Source: Gemmatimonadota bacterium
GTDB lineage: Bacteria > Gemmatimonadota > Gemmatimonadetes > Gemmatimonadales > GWC2-71-9
DNA: 50,298 nt
Direction: 5' to 3'
Assembly: GCA_039588295.1 (NCBI GenBank)
Contig: JBDHAB010000042.1
Location: 1 to 50,298, forward strand
Shown: piece by piece, positions 30,556-42,511 of the stretch
How positions within the stretch are numbered: the stretch's first letter is position 1
Layout of the letters: the number at the start of each line of letters is the position of its first letter
Made by a program: the position numbers and the translations under genes
The notes under the pieces: generated by a model
What the model saw: the letters and a program-made list of their open reading frames with translations, nothing else
Databases searched by the model: none
What the model was told of the DNA's origin: nothing

Positions 30556-30936
30556 TTACGGCGTGCACTTGGGCACGCCATCCTGAGTTGCCGGCGCCAG
30601 CGGCGTGGCGTTCACGTAGACGGCACACGTCTTCGTGGAAACGTTGTGACCCACGAACGCCTGCCATCCAGAGCCGTCCAACGAGATCGTCGGACCGGTC
30701 ACCCCGGCGGTCACCGTAAAGACCGACGCCGGGAAGGACGTCGTGTACGCGTTCTGGTCGTACAGATACGCTTCTTGCGCCGTTGCCAGGTTCCGAAGAT
30801 CACTCTTCATCGAGGCCAGGAACGCCTTTTCCTTCGTCGACGAGAACTTCGGTATCGCGATCGCCGCGAGCAGTCCAATGATCACGACCACGATCAGCAA
30901 CTCGATGAGCGTGAATCCCTTCGGATGCGTCCGCAT
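30556..30936 (-). CDS. Type IV pilin, second copy
   Basis: KGFTLIELLIVVVIIGLLAAIAIPKF, C-terminal Cys pair; ATG at 30936. Confidence 0.92.
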   Translation of the reverse strand: MRTHPKGFTLIELLIVVVIIGLLAAIAIPKFSSTKEKAFLASMKSDLRNLATAQEAYLYDQNAYTTSFPASVFTVTAGVTGPTISLDGSGWQAFVGHNVSTKTCAVYVNATPLAPATQDGVPKCTP

Positions 30937-30988
30937 GATCAGTAGTCCCGGGCGAATTAAGATGGTGGAGCGCGCTTGGTATGAGGAG

Positions 30989-31016
30989 TGGGTGGCGGGC
31001 CTGAGCCCGCCACCCA
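30989..31016. terminator. Strong hairpin between the two pilin genes
   Basis: 12-bp perfect stem TGGGTGGCGGGC/GCCCGCCACCCA with 4-nt loop, 16 nt after the first pilin stop; poor U-tract. Confidence 0.65.
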
Positions 31017-31032
31017 TCGCCTCGTTACCAAG

Positions 31033-31410
31033 CTACGGCGTGCACTTAGGCTCGCCTTCGTTGGTGGCCGGCGCCAGTGCCGTGGTGCCGATGAAGACGG
31101 CGCAGGTCTTGGTGGTCAGGTTATGACCAACCGTGCCTGTCCAACCATCGGCGGTCAGCGCAAGCGTCGGACCCGTGACGCCAGCGGTGACCGTGTAGGT
31201 CGTGGCCGCGAGCGCCGTGGTGTAGGCGATGTTGTCGGCGAAGTAGGCCTCCTGGGCCGTTGTCAGGTTCTTCAGGTCTGACTTCATCGCCGTCAGGTAC
31301 GCCTTCTCCTTCGTGGACGCGAACTTCGGAATCGCGATGGCGGCCAAAATGCCGATGATGACCACCACGATCAGAAGCTCGATCAGGGTGAAGCCCTTGC
31401 GGTTTAACAT
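31033..31410 (-). CDS. pilA: Type IV major pilin
   Basis: MLNRKGFTLIELLIVVVIIGILAAIAIPKF, SD GGAG, own sigma54 promoter and downstream hairpin. Confidence 0.9.
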   Translation of the reverse strand: MLNRKGFTLIELLIVVVIIGILAAIAIPKFASTKEKAYLTAMKSDLKNLTTAQEAYFADNIAYTTALAATTYTVTAGVTGPTLALTADGWTGTVGHNLTTKTCAVFIGTTALAPATNEGEPKCTP

Positions 31411-31465
31411 CTTTACTCCTCCAACGTTTGGTGTCATGAGGGGCCGTGTGCCACGCCTCTTAAGG

Positions 31466-31480
31466 GCAAGCTTCGTTCCA
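31466..31480 (-). promoter_or_regulatory. Sigma54 (-24/-12) promoter of pilA
   Basis: TGGAAC-GAAGC-TTGC (GG-N10-GC), 55 nt upstream of the ATG; AT-rich IHF-like stretch at ~31510-31522. Confidence 0.75.
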
Positions 31481-31681
31481 ACTATGGCACAACATCGCAA
31501 CGTATTTCTTTGCAACACCTTACAGCTCTTCGCCGAGACCGGTTTTGTCCGTTTTCCCGCCGAGAGGCTCTCATTATGCAAGGGTGGCGGCTCGGCGCAA
31601 GGGTAGTGATGCGGATCACACTCCGGGCCGCAGGCGGCCGGACTGGCGCCAGCAAGGCCACACCATCGCGACCGCCGGACG

Positions 31682-33508
31682 CTATCTGGTGATCGGCTCG
31701 ATCGCACAGCCGCCGGGGCCGGTGACCTCTCGCTCCAGCTCAGGGCGGAGCGCCCGGATCACACCGATCGTGCGGCGCACCTCGGCGCAGCCGGCGCCGG
31801 CACTCACGTCGTCGGGCAGCTGCGTCGCCACCGAGCCCAGCAACCGGCTCGCCTCGAGAACCGCGCCCGTGAGCCAGGCGATCCGAGCGCGCACCAGATC
31901 CAATTGCCATTGCGCCGCGCCGGCCGCTTCCATCGCTCTCCCATAGCCGGCCAGCACGCGGGGGTCATTTGGCACCCGGTCCGCCGCCACCGTTGCGTTC
32001 CTCACTGCTGAATCGGGCAGGCCCGCTTGCAGCTCCGCCGTAACGAGGGCGTCGACGACACGCGGGTCGACGGGATGGAGCCCGAAGGCGCGCCTCGCCT
32101 CCCGTAGGGCCAGCCGGTGGCGGCCCTGCGCCGTCGCGTGTTGGGCCGCCAGCAGTGCACCGTTGGGATCGGCGGGGAACAGCGCTCCCGCCACCAGCAC
32201 TTCCGCCAAGGCCCTGGCCGAGTCCGCCCGGTCCGCGAAGTAGTCGCTCAGCAGGAGACGGGTGTGTGCGTTTTCCGGGTGGGCAGTCTGCTCCACCGCC
32301 AGCGGCGTGATCCAATCGGTCCAAAACGGAATACGCTCAACCGCGCGATACCCACAAGCGACGACGAAGCCGACGGCCGCGAGGTGCACCAATCGCCGAT
32401 ACGGCGTCCTGGACGCCCACGACACGGCCCACCCGACCACGAGCGCGGGTGCCAGTACCGCCAAGTAGAGATTCCGCTCGGCGAGCATCACACCCGACTC
32501 GAACACGAGGTTCGAGGTGGGCAGGTAACTCACCGCCGCGACGAGAATGCCGAAGGCCACGACGGGCACCCGATGCCGCAGGAGCACACCGAGTGCCAGC
32601 AGGGCACCAGTCGCCGCCAATCCCAGAACGGTGAGCGCTCCGATGGTCGCACGCACCGGGATTACCTGCGGGGCGTAGTCGGACGTCAACCGGAACGGCC
32701 ACGCCAAGAGTCGCAGCACCTCCAAGAACACCGGGAGCATCGTGGCCACGCGTTCCGACGTGGACAGCCCGAAGAACGCGGCGTGAGCACCGCTGCCCAC
32801 GTACGCGCCGGCGATGTTCCGCCAGAGGAACAGCCAGGCGATGGTGAGACCGGCAACCGCCAAGTAGAGCGGGGTCGAATCGCGAGTCGACCGATTGGGA
32901 TCGAAGTGGTGGTCCAGCGCGATGAGCGCGATAGCGATCACGCCATGTTCCTTCGATAGGAGCGCCAACCCCACACCACCAAGGACGGCAAGCAGCCAGC
33001 CTGCGCGCCGGTTCCCCGACCTCCGCCGATATCGTCTCGCCGCAAGGACTGCAGCACCAATCCCGATGGCCACAAGCAGTTCCGCGCGGCCCACTACGTT
33101 CGCTACCGCCTCGACGTGGACCGGGTGAACCGCGAACACCACACCGGCGGCCGCAGCACCAAACGGAGCGAGCCATGCCAGCGCGACGAGCACCACGAGC
33201 GCGGTCGCACCCGCATGCAGGAGCACGTTGGTGAGGTGAAACCACCACGCGTGACCACCGGAGAGCGTCCAATCCAACCCGTACGTCAGAATCGTGAACG
33301 GGCGGTAGAGGCCGGCGTACCGGATCTGCTCGGGCCAGTAGGGCTCGAACCAAGCTCTTAGGGCGGCTCCAAAGGAGTGGGCCGCCAGGTTGTCGCGCAC
33401 CGCCACGAGGTCGTCACCCGCCCACCCATTGCGCAGTGCCAGCGCGAACGCGACCACTGCCACGAGAGCCGCAATGCCCACCGCCTGGCGACGGGTCAGC
33501 TCGGGCAT
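31682..33508 (-). CDS. TMTC-like GT-C protein glycosyltransferase with C-terminal TPR-like helices
   Basis: AGDDLVAVRDN (DD motif), YRPF, HLTNVLLH, HPVHVEAVANVVGRAELL, LLSKE, AERNLYL; many TMs. Confidence 0.82.
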   Translation of the reverse strand: MPELTRRQAVGIAALVAVVAFALALRNGWAGDDLVAVRDNLAAHSFGAALRAWFEPYWPEQIRYAGLYRPFTILTYGLDWTLSGGHAWWFHLTNVLLHAGATALVVLVALAWLAPFGAAAAGVVFAVHPVHVEAVANVVGRAELLVAIGIGAAVLAARRYRRRSGNRRAGWLLAVLGGVGLALLSKEHGVIAIALIALDHHFDPNRSTRDSTPLYLAVAGLTIAWLFLWRNIAGAYVGSGAHAAFFGLSTSERVATMLPVFLEVLRLLAWPFRLTSDYAPQVIPVRATIGALTVLGLAATGALLALGVLLRHRVPVVAFGILVAAVSYLPTSNLVFESGVMLAERNLYLAVLAPALVVGWAVSWASRTPYRRLVHLAAVGFVVACGYRAVERIPFWTDWITPLAVEQTAHPENAHTRLLLSDYFADRADSARALAEVLVAGALFPADPNGALLAAQHATAQGRHRLALREARRAFGLHPVDPRVVDALVTAELQAGLPDSAVRNATVAADRVPNDPRVLAGYGRAMEAAGAAQWQLDLVRARIAWLTGAVLEASRLLGSVATQLPDDVSAGAGCAEVRRTIGVIRALRPELEREVTGPGGCAIEPITR

Positions 33509-35013
33509 TGGAACCGGAACAAGCCAGGGCCGTCCGTTACGACGAACAACGGATCCAGGGTGGAGTCAGACCGCGCCTCGAAAGCCTCGAACAGTGGAAC
33601 CGCATCACCCCCCACCCACGATGTCGCTACGTGGGTCACACCGGACTCACACAAGTACGCGAGCGTCGTATCCGCACCGAGGTTCTCGATGGCGCGGCCG
33701 CGGAGCCGAAACAGAAACAGCGGGACGGTACGCCGACCGGTGTAGAGGAAGACCGTCGCTTCCCCGTCCGACGCGATGACGGCATCCTCCGGAGTGCCCG
33801 TCGCAATTCCACGGGTGAGCAGCTCGAACGGCCTGCTTGAGCGCTGTGCCGTAACGGCGAAGCGCCGCTCGATCACGGAAAGCGCCTGGAGTCGCACGAA
33901 CCCGAAGAGCACGGCCGCCGACAGCAGCACCACCGCGACCTTCCCGGCGCGGCCCCACTCCCACAGCCGCAGCGCCCCGAGCACGCCGAGCAATCCGACC
34001 CACGGAAGCAGGATCCACATGAATCGGTCCGGCGTGAACGGCCACAGCGTGACGATGCCCACGTAGGGCACGAGCACCGCAATCAGAACCGGCGTGCGTC
34101 GCAATGCAGTCCATGCGCCGGTCAGCACCACGAGCACGAGGATCGCCGCGATCGGGATCCAGAGCGCCCACGGAAGACCGCGAATCAGCAGCCGGGAAAA
34201 CGGTCCGAGCGCACGCAGATCCAAACCGGCCAGCAGGCCGCCGAGTCCCGCGAGCCGGGCGTACTGGCCGTACGTACCGTAGTTCGCCATCAGGCGTGGA
34301 TCGATGCTCTCCCCGTGCACGGTCGTCCAGACGGCCCACGGGGCGGCGAGCGCAACGCCGATGACGAGCGCGACGAGCGCGGCGCGGCGCTGCCGCCGGA
34401 ACCAAAGCACCGCTGGAATCCCGACGATCGCGGCAACGCCGATGGAGCGCGTGAGGGTGGCAAGTCCGGCGAGCAGTCCGGCCGCGAGGGCGCGTTTGGT
34501 CGTCACCCGGTCCACATCTGCCGTCGCCACCGCGCCCGCGAGCAACAGGAGGAACAGCGGCTCCGAGAACCTGACACCAACCAGCGTCAACAGCGGAAAC
34601 GCGGTCATTCCCATGACGAGCGTCACGTAACGGGCGACGGCCGGGAGTCGCAGGTGTCGCGCATGGGTCGCAATCACCCACGCGGCTCCGGCGAGCACCG
34701 CGGCGTCGAACAGCTTGAAGAGCGCGACGTTCTGCGGAAAGCTCGGCCACAGCTTCCACAACGTTGCCAACACGGCTGAGTAGAGTGGCGGGTAGTGCAC
34801 CGCAGGTGGCGCACCCGGTAGGTGAATCGAGCGATAGCCCTCGCCCTCCGCGAGCGCCTTGGCGAGCGTCACGTAGATGCCGTCGTCGTAGAACACGCCC
34901 ACCAGAGCAGAGGACTGCGCCCACAGGGCGACCGCCAGCACGAACAGCGCGAGTGCCTGTGGCCAGTGACGCTCGAACGAAGTCGTCGCTGGTGTGCGTG
35001 GGGCGTTCGTCAC
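33496..35013 (-). CDS. GT-C fold integral membrane glycosyltransferase (ArnT/PMT-like)
   Basis: YDDGIYVTLAKALAEGEGY, HYPPLY, FSEPLF, LTRSIG, DRF; multi-TM. Confidence 0.75.
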   Translation of the reverse strand: MTNAPRTPATTSFERHWPQALALFVLAVALWAQSSALVGVFYDDGIYVTLAKALAEGEGYRSIHLPGAPPAVHYPPLYSAVLATLWKLWPSFPQNVALFKLFDAAVLAGAAWVIATHARHLRLPAVARYVTLVMGMTAFPLLTLVGVRFSEPLFLLLLAGAVATADVDRVTTKRALAAGLLAGLATLTRSIGVAAIVGIPAVLWFRRQRRAALVALVIGVALAAPWAVWTTVHGESIDPRLMANYGTYGQYARLAGLGGLLAGLDLRALGPFSRLLIRGLPWALWIPIAAILVLVVLTGAWTALRRTPVLIAVLVPYVGIVTLWPFTPDRFMWILLPWVGLLGVLGALRLWEWGRAGKVAVVLLSAAVLFGFVRLQALSVIERRFAVTAQRSSRPFELLTRGIATGTPEDAVIASDGEATVFLYTGRRTVPLFLFRLRGRAIENLGADTTLAYLCESGVTHVATSWVGGDAVPLFEAFEARSDSTLDPLFVVTDGPGLFRFQCPS

Positions 35014-36980
35014 GTGCCCGGTCCTGGTACGCGTGTGAGTTGCGGGGGTGCCCCGTTCTCAGCGGGCCCGTACCTCCATACCGGCCATTCAGGATACCGA
35101 GTCAGCAGCGCCTCGTTTCGCTCGAACAGATCCCGGGCGAACACGATACCGGCATCCAGTCCTTCCGCGTTGCGCCAGGCCAGGTGCTCGTAGACGGTGA
35201 GCCCCGAGAGGTCACGTGCGATCTCGCGGCGACACTCCTCGGGGAGCGCTCGGCCCGGTTGCAGCCGCAGGCTCGGGTCGGGCCAGTCGGGTACCCGCGG
35301 TGCAGCGACCACCGCCCGCACAATCAGCGCCTCGAGCTCGGCGCTCAGCGCCTCCGCCGACATGCCGGTCGTACGGGCCTGGTGTCTCAGACGGTCCAGG
35401 TCGCACGCGTCTACCCGGCGGTACGCCCGTTCGGCGAGTCCCGGCATCACCCCAAGAGTCCACAGGTCGGAGACGATGCGGTTCCCCCAACTCGTGCGTA
35501 CGAGGACCAACGCCTGCCCGACACCACGTTCCCGCAGTTCTCGCTCGGGGTGTCGTTTCAGCGTCGGAAACTCCGTACGGTACTGATCGAAGCGCGCCGG
35601 GAGCACGTCGATCCATCCCCACACCAGCACCAGCAGTGCAGCGGTAGCAATCGCCGGGCGCCAGCGGATGACCCGGCCACCCCACGCCCCTGCGAGCGTC
35701 ACCAACCACCGCCACGCGCGCGCCGTCCCGATCACGAGGTACGGCACGATCACGAAGTAGAACCGCGGTCCACGCAGAAACCCGGAGTGCCAATACAGGG
35801 CGTACAACAACGGGGCGGTCATCAGCCCGATCGCGAGGATCATGTCGGCCTTCGTACGCTGCCGGCCAAACGCCGCCCAGAGGGCAAGGGGGAGCAGGGC
35901 CGGAATCGGCCATTCGAAGAGGTAGATGTGGAGACGCCGGATCGCCATCGCCACGTTACTCAGCGCGATGAACGGCGTGTACATCTGGTCCCACGGATCC
36001 ACGTGGAATCCGAGACCGTGTGCCGGGCCGTAGAGCAGCGAATAACCCAGCACCACCGGATTGCCGTAGGCCGCCCAGTTGAACCCCGCCCATGCGAGGA
36101 CAACCGGTACCCCGCCGACGACGATCCACGGCACCGCGCGCCAGGCACGGGTGACGGCCAGCCATGCGGCAATGGGAACCGCCGCGGCAACACCGTCCAA
36201 CGGCCTGGTCGCAGCGGCCCACACGAGAAACAACCCGACACCGACCCAACTGACGCGTCCGGGACGGCGTGGTCCCACGGCGCAGGCCATGGCCGCGAGC
36301 GAGAGCGTGGCGGCTGGCACATGGTTGACGAAACTCGCCGACATGAACAGCACCCACGCGGCTATCAACCATAGAAACGCCGCGACGCGAGCGACCCGCC
36401 GGCCGTACCACCTTCGTGCAACCACGTACACCAGCACGAGCGTCACACCACTGAGTACCGGATTGACCAACCACGCGGCCCGGGCGAGCAGCCCGAACGC
36501 GAGAAGCACCGTGTGTCCCGGCGGGTACTGCGAGACCCAGCCTGCATCCGTGACCCACGTCTGGGCAATGAGAAACGCCTGCGGCGGCTCCGGTGGCTGC
36601 AACGCGACCTGACCGGCCGCCAGCGCTCGCGCATGGAGCAGCTGCGCCATTTCGTCGATGAGCTGCGGGTTCCGCGCGAATAGGAGTGACGACACGACCG
36701 CCGCTCCGACGACGGAGAGGACCGCAAGCGCGGCAACGAGCCAGCGGTCTGCCACCGGGACCCTGGGCAGCCGCCAGTCCGGCATTCGGGTGGCGAGCCG
36801 CCCAGCGATGATCGCGAGCGTCCCGACGACCACTACCCCCAGCGCCCATGATTCCAGATGCGGCGACCACACGGGGCCCTGATCGGGCGCGCCGCTCCAG
36901 CGCGACAGCGGAAGCAGTGGCAGCGGCACCGCGGCCACGGCGATCATCACCCACAGTGGCCGGGTGAGGGCCCGTGTCAC
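35010..36980 (-). CDS. GT-C fold integral membrane glycosyltransferase (PMT_2-like)
   Basis: [24 protein letters not shown]; multi-TM. Confidence 0.75.
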   Translation of the reverse strand: MTRALTRPLWVMIAVAAVPLPLLPLSRWSGAPDQGPVWSPHLESWALGVVVVGTLAIIAGRLATRMPDWRLPRVPVADRWLVAALAVLSVVGAAVVSSLLFARNPQLIDEMAQLLHARALAAGQVALQPPEPPQAFLIAQTWVTDAGWVSQYPPGHTVLLAFGLLARAAWLVNPVLSGVTLVLVYVVARRWYGRRVARVAAFLWLIAAWVLFMSASFVNHVPAATLSLAAMACAVGPRRPGRVSWVGVGLFLVWAAATRPLDGVAAAVPIAAWLAVTRAWRAVPWIVVGGVPVVLAWAGFNWAAYGNPVVLGYSLLYGPAHGLGFHVDPWDQMYTPFIALSNVAMAIRRLHIYLFEWPIPALLPLALWAAFGRQRTKADMILAIGLMTAPLLYALYWHSGFLRGPRFYFVIVPYLVIGTARAWRWLVTLAGAWGGRVIRWRPAIATAALLVLVWGWIDVLPARFDQYRTEFPTLKRHPERELRERGVGQALVLVRTSWGNRIVSDLWTLGVMPGLAERAYRRVDACDLDRLRHQARTTGMSAEALSAELEALIVRAVVAAPRVPDWPDPSLRLQPGRALPEECRREIARDLSGLTVYEHLAWRNAEGLDAGIVFARDLFERNEALLTRYPEWPVWRYGPAENGAPPQLTRVPGPGT

Positions 36981-37724
36981 GGAGTCTTCGGGCGCCGGGA
37001 AAACAGGTTGAATCGCAGGATGTGCCAGAACGCCGCGAGGCCGTCGCGCCAGTTGATCTTCTTCCCCTCGGCGTAGGTCCGTCCGCTGTAGCTGATGGGG
37101 ACTTCCCAGATCCGCGCTCCCGCGGCTGCGAGGCGGGCGGTCAATTCGGGTTCAAAGCCAAACCGGTCGGAGACGAGCGGCAGCGACTTGAGCAGGTCGG
37201 CCCGCACCATCTTATAGCACGTCTCCATGTCGGTGAGATTCAGGTCGGTGAGCATGTTCGAGAGCAGGGTCAGGAACCGGTTTCCCACCGAGTGCCAGAA
37301 ATACAGCACCCGATGCGGACCGGCCTGGAACCGCGACCCGAACACCGCATCGGCTCGGTCGAGCCTGATCGGCTCGAGGAGCATCGGATACTCGTGGGGG
37401 TCGTACTCCAGATCGGCATCCTGAATGACGATCACGTGACCCGTTGCCACCTGGATGCCCGCACGGACGGCGGCCCCCTTTCCCATGTTCCTCGGCTGGT
37501 GAATCACTTGATCCACCAGCCGCCGCTCGTGCAGCCCATCCAGCACCGTGCCGGTCCCATCGGTGGACGCGTCGTTGACGGCCACGATCTCGATCCGCAG
37601 CGGCACCGATCGGATACGACGGATCGAATCCTCGATCGTCTGCTCTTCGTTGAACGCCGGCACGACGGCCGTCAGCCGGATCTCGTCGTGGTTCGTCGGG
37701 AGCGGATTCCCGAAGAACCGCCGT

Positions 37725-37741
<17 letters not shown>
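36977..37741 (-). CDS. GT2 polyprenol-phosphate glycosyl (DPM1-like) synthase
   Basis: [64 protein letters not shown] at 37741 (approximate). Confidence 0.9.
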
Positions 37742-39094
<1,353 letters not shown>

Positions 39095-39098
<4 letters not shown>

Positions 39099-40777
39099 GC
39101 TGCCACCTCCGAACTCCCTTTGGCCGGGAGGACCACGCTGAACACCGTGTCGCTCCCCGGCATGGAGTCGACCAGGACCACGCCGCGATGCGCGAGCACG
39201 GCGCGCTGCACGATGGCGAGACCGAGTCCCGATCCGCCGGACCGTCCGCTGACGAACGGCTCGAACAGCCGTTCCTGGAGATCGGTCGGAATGCCGGGCC
39301 CGTCGTCGGACACCCGGAGCAGCGCGCACGGCCCGTAGGACACGCCGAGCGGTAGCTCCTCCACGCGCGCTTTGCGAACCTCGACGGTCACGCGCGCCTT
39401 GCCGTCGGAGGCCTGTATCGCGTTCAGGACCAGGTTCGCCACCACCCTGTGGAGCAGGTCCTCATCTCCGTCCATCGCGGTGGGCTCACACGCGAGATCG
39501 ATCGCCACGTCGTCCGGACAGTCAGGGTGCTTGCGCACGACATCGACGGCGGTGGCGGCGATCTGCCCGAGATCAATCGGCCGGGAGTTGGTGACGCGGA
39601 CCCGCGAAAAATCGAGAAACTCGCTGAGCAGACGGCTCAGGCGATCGCTCTCCTGGATCACGAGTTGCGCGAGGAACCGCTCGTCTTCGTCCGTATGCCC
39701 GGACGCCGACAGTTGTTCAATGGATGAGCGAATCGAGGCGAGCGGGTTCTTGATCTCGTGGGCGAGCGAGGCCGACAACTCCGCGACGGCCTCGAGACGC
39801 TCGGTCCGCAAGCGCATCGCCTCGAGTCGCTTTTGATCCGATATGTCTGTGAAGATGGCCGTCACGGAGGGAAGCCCCTCGCCGATCACGTCGATCCGCG
39901 TTGTGGTGACACCGATCGGAAACGAGTGGTCGTCCAGCCGTACCGTTCCCTCAGAGCGCACCGTCTTGCGCGGGCCACGCTGCGTGGTGTCGATCGCGGT
40001 GACCAGCTGGGGAGCCCGGTCCTCCAGCAGATTCTCGAGCGGCACTCCTTCGAGCTGCCCGGTGGGCAGACCGAGCAGTTTCCGTGCGGCGGGGTTCACG
40101 TAGATCAGCGTGCCCAGGCCGTCTACCGTGAGCACACCACTCTGGATATTGCGGAGAATGTCGCTTGCCTCGAGCCGCAGTCGATGCACTTCCTGCTGCA
40201 GTGCCGCGCGCTCGACCCCGACGACCCGCACGCGGCTGGCGATGAACCCCGTCGTGACGAACACGCCCACGAACACCGCGACCTGCAGCCAGACTGCCAC
40301 GGAGAGTTGGACGTCCTGGAAGAAGACGATGTCCCCCAGGTACAGCAGGCTGGCCAGGCTGGTGACGAGCAGGCTTGACGCAAATGGCATCAGCACCGCG
40401 CTCACCGCGATCACGAGGATGTAGAGGGCCGGGAACTGACTCGCAGGCCCCTCGGTGACATGCACGACCGTCGTCACCAGCGTGAGGTCGAAGACCGCCT
40501 GGGCATAGAGAAACGTCAGACCTGGCTCCGCCCCGTGGATGTGGGTGTACCACAGCGACACCGAGCTCGCGATGACACTCGCGATCGCGGCAAAGGCCAG
40601 GATGACAATGAATTCAGGTGGGATTGCCCGAAAGTAGAACGCGCCGGCAACGAACACGACGATGGCCACCGTAACGCGGCCGAAATAGACCCACCGTAAG
40701 AGCCCGTGCGCAAGCGGGATCCCGCTTCCGGGCTGGGTGGAGCTATCCGAGTGCGACAGACCGCCGGCCAAGCGCAT
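39095..40777 (-). CDS. pilS: Sensor histidine kinase PilS (multi-TM, PAS, HisKA, HATPase)
   Basis: About 5-6 TMs with DLTLVTTVVHVTEG, PAS (YVNPAARKLLG), AHEIKNPL, DDGPGI, GSGLGL; start uncertain (40777 or 40807). Confidence 0.85.
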
Positions 40778-40853
40778 AGGGTGAAAGTATTCCGGGGGCT
40801 CTGGCAAAATGCAATACCCGCCCCGGTTCGGCCGCGGCGGAGTGGGTGACGGG

Positions 40854-42344
40854 CTAGCCCTTGAGCGCCTTGCGAACGTGCCTGCAGACGGTCCGCAACA
40901 CCTGGATCCGAGTCCACCGCTTGTCTTCGGCTTCGATGAGCACCCACGGCGCGTTATCTGTGCTGGTGCGCTCGATCATATCAGACGCTGCGGTTTCGTA
41001 CCCATCCCATTTCTTGCGGTTACGCCAGTCGTCTTCGGTCAGTTTGTACTGCTTGTAGGGGGTGGTCTGGCGATCGCGAAACCGGCGGAGCTGTTCCTCG
41101 GGGCTGATGGCGAGCCAGAACTTGATGACGATGGTGCCGAACTCGGTCAGCTGGGCCTCGAACTCGTTGATCTCGGCGTAGGCCCGCTTCCACTCCTCCC
41201 GCTCCGCGAGGCCTTCAATCCGCTCCACCAGGACGCGCCCGTACCACGAACGGTCGTACACCGTCACGCGACCCCGGCGAGGGAGGTGGCGCCAGAACCG
41301 CCACAGGTAGGGGTGCGACGCTTCCTCGTCGGTCGGTGCCGCGACCGAAATCACACGATAGAGACGCGCGTCCATGGCGCCCGTGAGGCGCCGAATGGCC
41401 CCGCCCTTGCCGGCGGCATCCGGGCCTTCAAACACGAGGGTCAACGACCGCTCCGCGTCGCGGAGTTGGCGCACCAGTTTCGCCAGCCTGGCGGAATACT
41501 GTTCCAGCTTCTCCTCGTACTCGTTATCCGGAAGCGCGAGGGTCAGATCCAGCTGGCGTATCAGGTTCGCCTTGCGCGCACGCGGCAGCGAAATCTTGGC
41601 CTTTCGGCCTGACCGTTTCGCGCGATGTGCGTCGTCCGAGTGGACGGCGTCCTGCAGTGCCCTGGTCAATGTGGTGACGACCGTGAGGTTGCGATACCGG
41701 TCATCCACGGATTCCACGATATGCCACGGCGCGACACCACCGCTGGTCAGGCGGATCGCCTCCTCGGCGGTACGGCGGAATTCGTCATACCGCTTGAAGT
41801 TCGTCCACGACTCCTCGCTGATGAGCCAGCGGCTACGGGGATCTCGCTTCACCTTGGCCAGCCGCTTCTTGTGCACCGATTTCGCCAGGTGCAGCCATAA
41901 TTTGACGACCGGCACTCCCTCGTGTGCCAGCATCACCTCGAAATCGCGGATGCGCCGCATCTCCCGCTCGAACTCCAGCTCGTCGAGCCGCTCGTAGGCA
42001 CGCTCCACCACGGGATGGCTGTACCACGAACCGATGAGGATGCTCATCTTCCCGCGGGCCGGAAGCAGTCGCCAGAAGCGCCAGAATCGCGGGCGCTCAC
42101 GCTCCTCATCCGTCGGATCCGACAGCGCGTACGACTCCACACCGCGCGCATCCAGCCAGGAGAGCAGTAGATCGAGCACGGGGACCTTCCCATACTCATC
42201 TCCGCCGCTGATGATGACGACCGGCGCAAGTCCGGAGCCTGCCACGACGCGTTGGACCTCGAGCAACTCGGCTCGCGCCTTCGGCCCTTCGCGCTTGAAC
42301 GTCTTCTTGTCGATCTTGCTGCCGAGTTCGGCGGTTTCAAACAT
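40854..42344 (-). CDS. pap: Polyphosphate:AMP phosphotransferase (two-domain class II PPK2)
   Basis: MFETAELG start; degenerate N-terminal domain; C-terminal FEGPDAAGKGG, YLWRFW, YDRSWYGRVLVERIEG, EDDWRNR. Confidence 0.92.
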   Translation of the reverse strand: MFETAELGSKIDKKTFKREGPKARAELLEVQRVVAGSGLAPVVIISGGDEYGKVPVLDLLLSWLDARGVESYALSDPTDEERERPRFWRFWRLLPARGKMSILIGSWYSHPVVERAYERLDELEFEREMRRIRDFEVMLAHEGVPVVKLWLHLAKSVHKKRLAKVKRDPRSRWLISEESWTNFKRYDEFRRTAEEAIRLTSGGVAPWHIVESVDDRYRNLTVVTTLTRALQDAVHSDDAHRAKRSGRKAKISLPRARKANLIRQLDLTLALPDNEYEEKLEQYSARLAKLVRQLRDAERSLTLVFEGPDAAGKGGAIRRLTGAMDARLYRVISVAAPTDEEASHPYLWRFWRHLPRRGRVTVYDRSWYGRVLVERIEGLAEREEWKRAYAEINEFEAQLTEFGTIVIKFWLAISPEEQLRRFRDRQTTPYKQYKLTEDDWRNRKKWDGYETAASDMIERTSTDNAPWVLIEAEDKRWTRIQVLRTVCRHVRKALKG

Positions 42345-42453
42345 CTCCGATCCTCCACCGGTTCACGCCACGAGACTCGTGTACCGTGCGGGCTGCCGTA
42401 GCGGAGTTTGGCAGCCGGACCGCGGGACCGCCAGTACCCCATGGGCGCAAAGC

Positions 42454-42488
42454 ACGACCGGGCGTCACGCAGCGTGACGCCCGGTCGT
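42454..42488. terminator. 17-bp perfect inverted repeat after pilC
   Basis: ACGACCGGGCGTCACGC-a-GCGTGACGCCCGGTCGT, followed on the minus strand by GCTTT. Confidence 0.6.
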
Positions 42489-42511
42489 ACCAGCGCTTCG
42501 TGTCGCGAGCG

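Noticed and set aside
31485..31499. Plus-strand TGGCAC...CGCA sigma54-like site
   Set aside because: GG-to-GC spacing is 9 rather than 10 and no plus-strand gene follows.
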